A DNA stretch of 64,000 nt from an uncultured Candidatus Saccharibacteria bacterium (GTDB lineage: Bacteria > Patescibacteriota > Minisyncoccia > Phycocordibacterales > CSBR16-119): assembly GCA_964557535.1 (NCBI GenBank), contig CAZLAD010000002.1, positions 21,560-85,559 on the forward strand. The letters are read 5' to 3'. This document shows, in pieces, positions 9,222 through 17,263 of the stretch. Both the position numbers and the translations under genes were made by a program. Under the pieces are notes generated by a model. The model had not been told where the DNA came from. It ran no database searches and worked only from the letters and a program-made list of their open reading frames with translations. Positions within the stretch are counted from its first letter, which is position 1. Each line of letters begins with the position of its first letter.

Positions 9222-9992
9222 ATGACATTTTTAGATGCGACAATACTTGGAATCATTGAAGGTATCACCGAATTCCTCCCCATCTCATCAACGGGCCATA
9301 TGATATTGGCAGCCGATATATTCAAAATACCCGCAACCGAATTCCTAAAAAGCTTTCAAATCATTATTCAACTTGGAGCTATTACAGCGGTGATTTTCCT
9401 TTATTGGAAAAACTTATGGAAAATCGAAAATATAAAAAAAGTTATTGTTGGATCGATTCCAACCGCCGTAATTGGTTTTGGTCTTTACAAAATAATAAAA
9501 TCAGATTTGTTGGGGTCAACTTCCGTCGTCTTGTGGTCAATGCTTTTGGGCGGAATCATACTTATAATTTTTGAATATTATTATCGTGGCCCAGATATAG
9601 AAAAAGAAGAGACTTCCGACATAACTTATTTACAAGCTTTTGTTGTTGGTATTTTCCAGTCTCTTGCCGTTATACCCGGCGTCTCTAGATCAGCTGCCAC
9701 AATCATTGGCGGACTTGCTCTTGGTATTCCTCGCAGAACCATAATTGAGTTTTCATTCATGCTTGCCATACCGGTCATGCTCGGAGCGAGCGCGCTCGAT
9801 ATCTACAAAAGCCCAGCGATTTTTTCGGATGCAAATATTCCCATCATCTTGGTCGGATTTGTAACGGCATTTTTGGTCGCCATAGTTTCAATTAAATTCT
9901 TACTTCGATTTATCAAAAATAACAATTTCATTCCCTTTGGAATCTACCGCATCGTGGTCGCAATCATGTTTTATTTCATAATTTTTAAATAA
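9222..9992 (+). CDS. uppP: Undecaprenyl-diphosphate phosphatase
   Basis: GIIEGITEFLPISSTGH and IPGVSRSAATI. Confidence 0.95.
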   Translation: MTFLDATILGIIEGITEFLPISSTGHMILAADIFKIPATEFLKSFQIIIQLGAITAVIFLYWKNLWKIENIKKVIVGSIPTAVIGFGLYKIIKSDLLGSTSVVLWSMLLGGIILIIFEYYYRGPDIEKEETSDITYLQAFVVGIFQSLAVIPGVSRSAATIIGGLALGIPRRTIIEFSFMLAIPVMLGASALDIYKSPAIFSDANIPIILVGFVTAFLVAIVSIKFLLRFIKNNNFIPFGIYRIVVAIMFYFIIFK

Positions 9993-10043
9993 TTTATAAG
10001 TTGGTAAGTAAAGCAAAATATATACGGAAAAGACATTCCGGAA

Positions 10044-10075
10044 CAGAAAACCGGCCTGAGGGCCGGTTTTCTGTT
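10044..10075. terminator. Bidirectional terminator between convergent genes
   Basis: CAGAAAACCGGCC-tgag-GGCCGGTTTTCTG. Confidence 0.7.
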
Positions 10076-10088
10076 TTCTCTCAGCGAA

Positions 10089-10167
10089 GCAAAATCTCCG
10101 TTTTCCGAATCCCGAGGACCTAGTGCGTAGACACGCTTCCGCAGGGTGAGGAAAACGGAGATTTTGC
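10089..10167. repeat. Stem-capped repeat, copy 1 (conserved ~45-bp core between inverted arms)
   Basis: 18-bp perfect inverted arms; core nearly identical to 14968-15014. Confidence 0.85.
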
Positions 10168-10177
10168 ACAGTACCTT

Positions 10178-10387
10178 TTAAAATCTTCGATATCCTCCGC
10201 CACCAGATCCCCCACCTCGCTCATCGCGAGATTTACGGTGACAATCACGACATTTGAGTGTGCCGAGTCTACTTGGGTCTGGTTCAAACGGAAGTTCGGT
10301 AATTGAACCTCCGCAAGTTCCACATGTCCAATTACCCGTAAACATCTGACGTGGTGACTGGCTTCCTCCTGTGTTTCCTGTATACAT
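10178..10387 (-). CDS. CxxC-x17-CxxC zinc-ribbon protein
   Basis: CGTCG...LPFEP....LKCRDC with a Gly/Arg-rich tail. Confidence 0.85.
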   Translation of the reverse strand: MYTGNTGGSQSPRQMFTGNWTCGTCGGSITELPFEPDPSRLGTLKCRDCHRKSRDERGGGSGGGGYRRF

Positions 10388-10495
10388 AATCAATACGCTA
10401 AATTTATTAATCTAAACGAAAAAAGTTAACGTATCGACATAACATCACTTTAATTCGTATATTAATTATCAATTAAACCATTCCAAAAGTCAAAG

Positions 10496-11605
10496 TTATT
10501 TGAAAACCTCTTGCACAAGCTCGGGTTTTGTCTCGGCGTCTTTTATTTTAAACCTTATTTCTCCAACTGTCTGCCCCCTGCTTGTCGTAACCTTGACCCG
10601 CCAAGACCCCGGCCAAACATTTGATTTTTGAGAAAATCCTCGAAAACCATCAGTCCGTCCACCGGTGATTGGAATTTTTATACTCGAAGACTCGACCCAA
10701 CGAGTACGTTTGGTATCAAAATATTCCCAAACATGATAAATATCGACACCCAGATTCACAGGTGCATAGACTTCAGTATATACATAAACCGGTTCATTAT
10801 TTGTTCTATTAAAAACACGACTGCGTTTTCTCCAGAATTCAAAGTCCGGAGCCTCTTCATAACTACCATAATATTCAACTGCCTGGATACGATAAAAATC
10901 ATGATAAACTGCGCGAAATTTAAGCGACAGAGGTATTGGTGGGATGACATTTGTAAAATACAAGAAATTAAAAACCAGAAAAATCAAACCAATTCTTGTG
11001 AGAATTTTCGTACGATTAGTGACGAAAGCCGCTCTGTTTATCCTTGAAAGGATAAACAGATAAATCGAAATCAAAAAAAGTCCCGCGAATCCCGACAACA
11101 TATAAATACCCGGACCCATTTGCTTGAAAACCACAGGTAACGAAAATATTAAATAAGAAAAAAGTGCTACGTAAAAAAGACTAATTTGTAAAATAATCTT
11201 TTGAAAATATTTTTTCTTTATCTCGGTCGCAAGCATAAGCGCAAGCAACGCAAAGATAAACGGCCAACTAGAAATAAGCGAGCCTGATTTGGCATAAAAA
11301 ACAGTAAAAGCTGAAAACAATCCGCCAAAAGAAAACAATATTACGGCAGAAATAATTCCATCCTTGTTGGCAATTTTCAGCTTTCTGCCGAGACGACTGT
11401 TCGCCGAAAACAAGAGAGCGATGGAGATTGCAACGATGCAAAGGTGGACCAAAACGACAATATTGTCAAAAGCCTTATCTACTTGGCCAAGTGTCAGTGT
11501 GTCGATAATAAAACCGCCCAAAATAACAGTCGGCAAAAGTAACGTCCTATTACGTTCGATAAAATTCTCGAGGCTTTTTCTTTTTGAGGTAATATAACTT
11601 TTCAT
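10496..11605 (-). CDS. DUF2914 domain membrane protein
   Basis: N-terminal TM helices; C-terminal IYHVW...GGRTDGFRGFS.K...PGSWRV. Confidence 0.75.
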   Translation of the reverse strand: MKSYITSKRKSLENFIERNRTLLLPTVILGGFIIDTLTLGQVDKAFDNIVVLVHLCIVAISIALLFSANSRLGRKLKIANKDGIISAVILFSFGGLFSAFTVFYAKSGSLISSWPFIFALLALMLATEIKKKYFQKIILQISLFYVALFSYLIFSLPVVFKQMGPGIYMLSGFAGLFLISIYLFILSRINRAAFVTNRTKILTRIGLIFLVFNFLYFTNVIPPIPLSLKFRAVYHDFYRIQAVEYYGSYEEAPDFEFWRKRSRVFNRTNNEPVYVYTEVYAPVNLGVDIYHVWEYFDTKRTRWVESSSIKIPITGGRTDGFRGFSQKSNVWPGSWRVKVTTSRGQTVGEIRFKIKDAETKPELVQEVFK

Positions 11606-11619
11606 AACCAAATCACGGA

Positions 11620-11710
11620 AGTCGGCGCGATAAATTTAAAATGTCTGGTTGAGCTGCAAAAGGCGTAGCCTGGCGGCGACCCGAGGACTTTTAAATTTAT
11701 CACGCCGACT
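11620..11710. repeat. Related stem-capped palindromic element
   Basis: Arms AGTCGGCGcGATAAATTTAAAA / TTTTAAATTTATCaCGCCGACT; core has AGGC-GTA-GCCT and CCCGAGGAC. Confidence 0.7.
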
Positions 11711-11718
11711 GGAGTTAA

Positions 11719-12963
11719 TTATACCCTGCCTCGCAATTTCATTGCATCCACGATGCGTTTGACGCCCAGAGAGAAAGCTCCGAGTCGCAAATCAACTTGC
11801 TTGTCCTTGGCCAAAAAATAAACATCTCGATAACTTTTAACGATGATTTCTTTGAGCTTCGACAAGACTTCTGCTTCCGTCCAATAATATCCCTGTCTGT
11901 TCTGAACCCATTCAAAATACGACACGGTAACACCTCCGGCATTGGCGAGCACATCCGGCACGAGTGTTCTACCTTTTTTAAAGAGGATTTCATCGGCTTC
12001 AGGAGTCGTTGGACCGTTGGCCAATTCCAGAATAATTTTTGCTTTAATGTTTACCGCGTTCGACGCAGTGATTTGATTGTCGAGAGCGGCCGGAATCAAA
12101 ACATCGCAATCAACTTCTAAAAGTTCAGTGTTGGTCAAAACTTTGACACCATCTTTTTGAAATTCAATCATGCCCTTCCCGGATTCATCTTTGAAACGAT
12201 TTATCTCTTCGGGATCAAGACCGTTCCCATCATAAAGTCCACCAGAAGAATCCGACACGGCAACGATCTTGCATCCCATGCGATGGAGTATTGACGCCGC
12301 GGTGTATCCGGCGTTACCAAATCCTTGCACGGCGATTTTTAAATCACCAAAATTTAATCCCGCGTCTTTTACCACTTCTTCCAAAACATAAATTCCTCCC
12401 TGAGCTGTGGCAATATTTCTACCAAGTGATCCACCAAGTTCCAGAGGTTTACCAGTAATGACTCCTGGCTCAGCATGTCCAACAATTGATTCAAACTCAT
12501 CCAAGATATAAGACATTATTTGACCATTGGTGTAGACGTCCGGTGCGGGAATGTCTTTGTCGACGCCGATGACAGGCGCCATAGCGCGAGCCCAGGCCCG
12601 AGAGACGAGTTCCAAATCTTTGGCAGAATATTTTTTCGGATCAATTGTCACACCGCCTTTGGCACCTCCTAGTGGAATCCCAACGACAGCGCACTTCACG
12701 GCCATAAGAGCCGCGAGCGCTTTCACTTCATCGAGATCCGCTGCCGAGTGAAAACGAATCCCGCCCTTGAAAGGTCCGCGAGCGTTGTTGAACTGCACAC
12801 GATAGGCGGGGAAAATTTCTTTACCCAAAGATGTTTCAATTTCCAAATTTGTATTGACGATATTTTGCGGTTCGGTCAGTTTGGTAATTTCCGCATCAGA
12901 ATAATTTAAAAGTTTGGCAGTTTTGCCGAGGTTGTCGAGATAATTTTGAAATGGATTATTCAT
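11719..12963 (-). CDS. gdhA: Glu/Leu/Phe/Val (glutamate) dehydrogenase
   Basis: GPFKGGIRF, GGAKGG, PAPDV, QGFGNAG, ELANGP, NAGGVTVSYFEW. Confidence 0.93.
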   Translation of the reverse strand: MNNPFQNYLDNLGKTAKLLNYSDAEITKLTEPQNIVNTNLEIETSLGKEIFPAYRVQFNNARGPFKGGIRFHSAADLDEVKALAALMAVKCAVVGIPLGGAKGGVTIDPKKYSAKDLELVSRAWARAMAPVIGVDKDIPAPDVYTNGQIMSYILDEFESIVGHAEPGVITGKPLELGGSLGRNIATAQGGIYVLEEVVKDAGLNFGDLKIAVQGFGNAGYTAASILHRMGCKIVAVSDSSGGLYDGNGLDPEEINRFKDESGKGMIEFQKDGVKVLTNTELLEVDCDVLIPAALDNQITASNAVNIKAKIILELANGPTTPEADEILFKKGRTLVPDVLANAGGVTVSYFEWVQNRQGYYWTEAEVLSKLKEIIVKSYRDVYFLAKDKQVDLRLGAFSLGVKRIVDAMKLRGRV

Positions 12964-13029
12964 GTTTTTTTACTAATTGTTAGGGCTTAATTATATCCTC
13001 GTTTTGGTATAAAAAGAAATTGGAAGCAG

Positions 13030-13052
13030 AAAAGCCCCGGATCACCGGGGCT
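13030..13052 (-). terminator. Terminator of the T9SS-tail gene
   Basis: AGCCCCGG-tgat-CCGGGGCTTTT on the minus strand. Confidence 0.75.
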
Positions 13053-13076
13053 CCTCCACTTCGGTGGGGATACCAC

Positions 13077-14099
13077 CTAGTAGTTTGTGACAACAAGCCC
13101 GCAGGCCCGTCGTTCACCAATCTCACTGGTCTGAACCAACTGATACGCACCGGGTGCGTATCCGGCCAAGCTCATCATCAACGTCGATGATGAACTCGGG
13201 GTTAGTAGGACGTGAACCAAACGACCGTCAGATCCGATGACCTGTAGCGACTGGCCGGGGATGAGGTTTTCGATCGTCACCGTTTCAGCTTCAGTAGCTG
13301 GATTCGGGAAGACCCGCATCTCGCACGGCTTGCACTCAGCCTGATCATCAATTCCGGTCGAGAAGTCGTGATCAAACTCGACAACAGCGAAAGTGCTGCA
13401 GCTGGAGCTATTGCTGACCAGTTCCCAATTCCAGAGCGGGGCAAGCCCCGCATCCTTGTACCACAGCTCGTATGACAGGACATAGTGTCCGGGTTCATCA
13501 AGTTCGAAGTCGTAATACTCGGTGTTTGAGAACCCTGGGGTGATCATCCGATCTTCGGTCCAGACGCTACCTGTGGTGGTATTGGTCAAGATCCTCCTAA
13601 GCCGAAGCAGAACATCAGGAGCCGGATGACCATATCGAGCCACAACGGTAAAAGTGTAGTTGCTACCGTTAATGAACGGTTCGTCCGACACATTCAGCGT
13701 CGGACAAGCCAGTGGACTGAAGGAGTAAATCCCTCCCCCTGTTTCAGGCCGAGGTGAGGCTAATTCAGTCACGCCACCCAGAGGCTTCAAACGCAACTGA
13801 ATGAAATATTCGTGCTCGTTGATGTACGGCTCGATCGGAACAAGGATCACCTCGATTCCAGCGCCGGTCAAGGTATCCGTCAATTCCGGACGCTGAACCC
13901 AGATGTTGGGTGCACTGGTGATGTCCATCACATATACCCGGCGCAGGTAAGTGTCAGAGCCGAAGTCATACGTAACGTTCACCGTTTCCGAAAGCGGAAA
14001 GATCTCCGCGTTCCAGTTGATGACCATCGTCTGCGCCTGCGCGAGGTTCGCGCAGAAGACCGTCGCCACGAAGGCGAACAGGGTTTTCAGGTTCTTCAT
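13077..14099 (-). CDS. Secreted protein with signal peptide and C-terminal T9SS type A sorting (Por_Secre_tail-like) domain
   Basis: MKNLKTLFAFVATVFCANLAQA signal peptide; VFPNPATE...VIGSDGRLV...LAGYAPGAYQL tail. Confidence 0.8.
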   Translation of the reverse strand: MKNLKTLFAFVATVFCANLAQAQTMVINWNAEIFPLSETVNVTYDFGSDTYLRRVYVMDITSAPNIWVQRPELTDTLTGAGIEVILVPIEPYINEHEYFIQLRLKPLGGVTELASPRPETGGGIYSFSPLACPTLNVSDEPFINGSNYTFTVVARYGHPAPDVLLRLRRILTNTTTGSVWTEDRMITPGFSNTEYYDFELDEPGHYVLSYELWYKDAGLAPLWNWELVSNSSSCSTFAVVEFDHDFSTGIDDQAECKPCEMRVFPNPATEAETVTIENLIPGQSLQVIGSDGRLVHVLLTPSSSSTLMMSLAGYAPGAYQLVQTSEIGERRACGLVVTNY

Positions 14100-14168
14100 G
14101 ATTTGAGGGTTGTTTGGTTCGTGAAGTTTGCAAGGTACGTGGTCAAGAAGACCAAACCTTTGCTTTGT

Positions 14169-14197
14169 ATACTATCACAAATACTCAGAAAAGTCAA
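14169..14197 (-). promoter_or_regulatory. Sigma70 promoter of the T9SS-tail gene
   Basis: TTGACT-17-TAGTAT. Confidence 0.7.
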
Positions 14198-14288
14198 CCT
14201 TTTTGAGGCTCTAAAAACCCTTATTTTACAAGGGTTTTTAGGACCCGCCAGTATGGGCAGGTAAACTCTTTGGTTCAATCTTTCTATT

Positions 14289-14939
14289 TTAAATTTTACG
14301 AGCCTTTTTGATGTCAAACTCCCCTATTTTCGTCCGTCGGAGATTTGCCAAAGTTGCAGGGGTGTCCAAGAAATTTCCGATGAATTCCACAAGCGATCTG
14401 ATATAAACTCCGCTCGCCACATCAAAATTTACTCTCAAAACAAAGCCATTTTCTGTTTCTTCGATTCCTCGAAGCTCACTTTTATAAATTTTCATCTTCT
14501 TCACCGGCAAAGGAACGTCGATTCCATCCCTCGCATATTCATAGAGCGCCTTGCCATTACGCTTGATTGCAGAATATTTTGGCACAGCAATATCAAACTC
14601 GCCGTGAAAAGCTCGTATGACTTCTTCGACATAATCTTCTTCGACATTGGTAACTTCACGTGATTCGATAATTTCGCCCTCCAAATCTCCGGTGTCGGTT
14701 TTGGTCCCGAGTAAAATTTCCGCTTCATAACTCTTGTCGAGTTTCAAAAATTGCTCCATCTGTTTCGTGCCGTCATTAACGCCGATAATCATAAGACCTG
14801 ATGCAAGCGGATCGAGCGTTCCAGCGTGTCCCATTTTCCGTATCCCCAAATCCCTTCGCAAAATGCGAATAACGTCAAAGCTTGTGATGCCTTTGGGCTT
14901 GTCGACGAGTATTATATTTTCAGGTAATTTTTTATTCAT
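14289..14939 (-). CDS. truB: tRNA pseudouridine(55) synthase
   Basis: DKPKGITS, GHAGTLDPLASG, KYSAIK, GVYIRSL. Confidence 0.95.
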   Translation of the reverse strand: MNKKLPENIILVDKPKGITSFDVIRILRRDLGIRKMGHAGTLDPLASGLMIIGVNDGTKQMEQFLKLDKSYEAEILLGTKTDTGDLEGEIIESREVTNVEEDYVEEVIRAFHGEFDIAVPKYSAIKRNGKALYEYARDGIDVPLPVKKMKIYKSELRGIEETENGFVLRVNFDVASGVYIRSLVEFIGNFLDTPATLANLRRTKIGEFDIKKARKI

Positions 14940-14940
14940 G

Positions 14941-15040
14941 TTTCAAAAAATAAAATTACAAAATTTTCGAATCCCGAGGACTTAAGTGCGCAGACACGCT
15001 TTCGCAGGGTGAGGAAATTTTATAATTTTATTTTTTGAAA
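14941..15040. repeat. Stem-capped repeat, copy 2
   Basis: Same core as 10106-10150 but entirely different, AT-rich inverted arms. Confidence 0.85.
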
Positions 15041-15042
15041 TA

Positions 15043-15636
15043 CTAGACATGATTTTTTAAAAAAGAAATTCGATGCAATGGCGTCGTACCAAATTCTCGT
15101 ATCGCATCCATATGCGATTTCGTTCCGTATCCTTTATTTTTTCTCCAACCATATTGATCTTCTTCGCCCGCAAGTTTTTCCATTTCCCTGTCACGCGAAA
15201 CTTTGGCCACAATTGAGGCGAGCGAAATTACGGGAATATTTTCATCACCCTTGATTATGGTTTCTTGATTATATTTATCCAATGCCCGAAGTCCACCATC
15301 GAGGAATACTTTCGTTTCAGCCGGATCGAAGTTTAATTTCTCTAAACAATTATCAACCGCCGCGCGGATACACACAGCAATGCCCTTGTCGTCAATTTCT
15401 ATATTTGAGGCCTTGGTCATCACATATCTGATTTTTTTCTCTTTAGCCAAACCATCCAAATATTCAAACCATTTCTCACGCATTTTGGCCGTGAGTTTCT
15501 TGGAATCTCGAAGCGGTAATTTCGCCCCGGAGACAATCTCGTCTATCGCGTTTGACGCGACCAAAAAGGCACAAACGTAGACCGGCCCAGCCACCGGCCC
15601 CCGCCCAACTTCGTCAATTCCGACTAAAAATTTCAT
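15043..15636 (-). CDS. rnhB: Ribonuclease HII
   Basis: GIDEVGRGPVAGP, DSKKL, ASIVAKVSRD, NKGYGT. Confidence 0.95.
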   Translation of the reverse strand: MKFLVGIDEVGRGPVAGPVYVCAFLVASNAIDEIVSGAKLPLRDSKKLTAKMREKWFEYLDGLAKEKKIRYVMTKASNIEIDDKGIAVCIRAAVDNCLEKLNFDPAETKVFLDGGLRALDKYNQETIIKGDENIPVISLASIVAKVSRDREMEKLAGEEDQYGWRKNKGYGTKSHMDAIREFGTTPLHRISFLKNHV

Positions 15637-15657
15637 AACTGCATTCTAACAAAAAGC

Positions 15658-15685
15658 GAAGGCCCCGGTAAGTTCCGGGGCCTTC
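15658..15685 (-). terminator. Terminator
   Basis: GAAGGCCCCGG...CCGGGGCCTTC. Confidence 0.75.
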
Positions 15686-15702
15686 AATCGCCAACAAGCA
15701 CA

Positions 15703-15897
15703 CTACCAGCCGGCCATTTCCAGAGACTCCTCGGATAAACGAGAAGGCCCTGAATGACGTAACTCGCTAGAACGATCCGAGCTTCGCTCGTACGACTCCA
15801 CCGATGGATAGTAGGTCGTGACGGTCTGAGACCGTGAAATTCGACCGATAATCCAGCCGATAAAGCCAGAGATGGCGGCCGCAAGAAATATCTTCAT
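15703..15897 (-). CDS. Small orphan protein with N-terminal hydrophobic segment (cassette class)
   Basis: TTGACG-17-TATATT promoter, leader AAAAACCCCATCACC-ATG, own terminator. Confidence 0.6.
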   Translation of the reverse strand: MKIFLAAAISGFIGWIIGRISRSQTVTTYYPSVESYERSSDRSSELRHSGPSRLSEESLEMAGW

Positions 15898-15945
15898 GGT
15901 GATGGGGTTTTTCTGAATATAACAATACTTTGCCAACTCGTCAAC

Positions 15946-17199
15946 CTACTCGTTGATTTTATTCCATATTCTATCTCGGATGTATTTCGCAACCTCCAAA
16001 TCATGTTTCTGAAGAGCGGTACGAAGAAAAGTGAAAAAATTCTTTATGTCTTCCGGTATGCCCGGCCCAAATTCGAAACCATAGATAAAGAAAGCTTTTA
16101 TGTCGTCTTTATACTCTTTGCTCATTGATCGAATTGCGTTTTGCGATTCATTGAAGTCCTTATCTTTGAAATGAGTCTCGTTTTGAGCCAAAAATAGTAA
16201 GTCCAGCATGAGACTATTTTTTTTCTCCTGTTTTCTGAAATCTTTCATACGCTCAATTTCTTCTGTCCAGGCATCTTTATTCTCAACAAACGAGCGTTCG
16301 ATTTCCGGAAACAATTTTTGTTGCATGCTCCGCCAGTCTCCTTTTTTCAAAACCTCGGCGTATTTTTTAGATAGCTCGTACACTTCTCGACGAGACCCTG
16401 GAACAAGGTCTACTTCTTCATTGTTTGCAACACTTTTAAATATCGAGATATTCTCAAGCACTTCATACATCACAGCACGATTAAAATCATGCACGATAAT
16501 AAATTTCTGATCGATCGGATTGCCAGATTTTTCATCTTCTAAACCTCCTTCTCTGTCGTCTGGCGACACATGATAAATTTTGTAACCGTCTTTCTCGTCA
16601 AAAACTCCATGCAATTTTATAGGAGGCCTCTGTCCGTCAACTATATACTGGACTCCTTCGGCTTCGACAATCACCATGGGATGGTCTGGTGTTATACCAA
16701 GCTCGACTTTCAATCCTCGTTTTTTACAGTAAGCTCCAAACATTGTTGTTAAGCCGACACAATTCGTTTCCACATTTTCTTCATTATCGTATTTTGCAAG
16801 CTTGGGAGTAAATCCTCGACTATCGTATCCATTACCTTGATCAAAAACAGAAGTCATGCCAAATCTTACATATAAATGCCATAGAAATTCCCTTTCAGGT
16901 AAATCCATCATACTTGGTGTAAAAATGTAGTGTTCTTTGTTTCTTTGTTCTATTTGTTCAGAAGTTAAAAATCTGGCTTCAAATCTGTTTATGCTTTCCA
17001 AATTTCTTCTGCGACGTTCTGTTTGAATATTTATAAATTGTTGCTGCATAGCTTCGGATATCGCCGGAATATTTTCTTTTGATAATGGTAGGTCTACTTC
17101 CTCCGTAAAAATCATTTCTTTCCCAAGTTCTCTAAAAGACTCCTGTTCTTCGGGTGAAATAAGGGGCTTTTTTCTTTCAAATACTTTCTTTAATTCCAT
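15946..17199 (-). CDS. Hypothetical protein with possible transglutaminase-like Cys-His-Asp core
   Basis: NCVG...TPDHP...YIVDG spacing. Confidence 0.6.
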   Translation of the reverse strand: MELKKVFERKKPLISPEEQESFRELGKEMIFTEEVDLPLSKENIPAISEAMQQQFINIQTERRRRNLESINRFEARFLTSEQIEQRNKEHYIFTPSMMDLPEREFLWHLYVRFGMTSVFDQGNGYDSRGFTPKLAKYDNEENVETNCVGLTTMFGAYCKKRGLKVELGITPDHPMVIVEAEGVQYIVDGQRPPIKLHGVFDEKDGYKIYHVSPDDREGGLEDEKSGNPIDQKFIIVHDFNRAVMYEVLENISIFKSVANNEEVDLVPGSRREVYELSKKYAEVLKKGDWRSMQQKLFPEIERSFVENKDAWTEEIERMKDFRKQEKKNSLMLDLLFLAQNETHFKDKDFNESQNAIRSMSKEYKDDIKAFFIYGFEFGPGIPEDIKNFFTFLRTALQKHDLEVAKYIRDRIWNKINE

Positions 17200-17263
17200 G
17201 GGAAAATTATACCAAAATATTGATTAGAATTGCGTACGAAGCCCTGCTATAATAGCCCTACTT

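Noticed and set aside
9900-10169. 89-aa ORF
   Set aside because: It spans a repeat element and terminator and overlaps uppP antisense.
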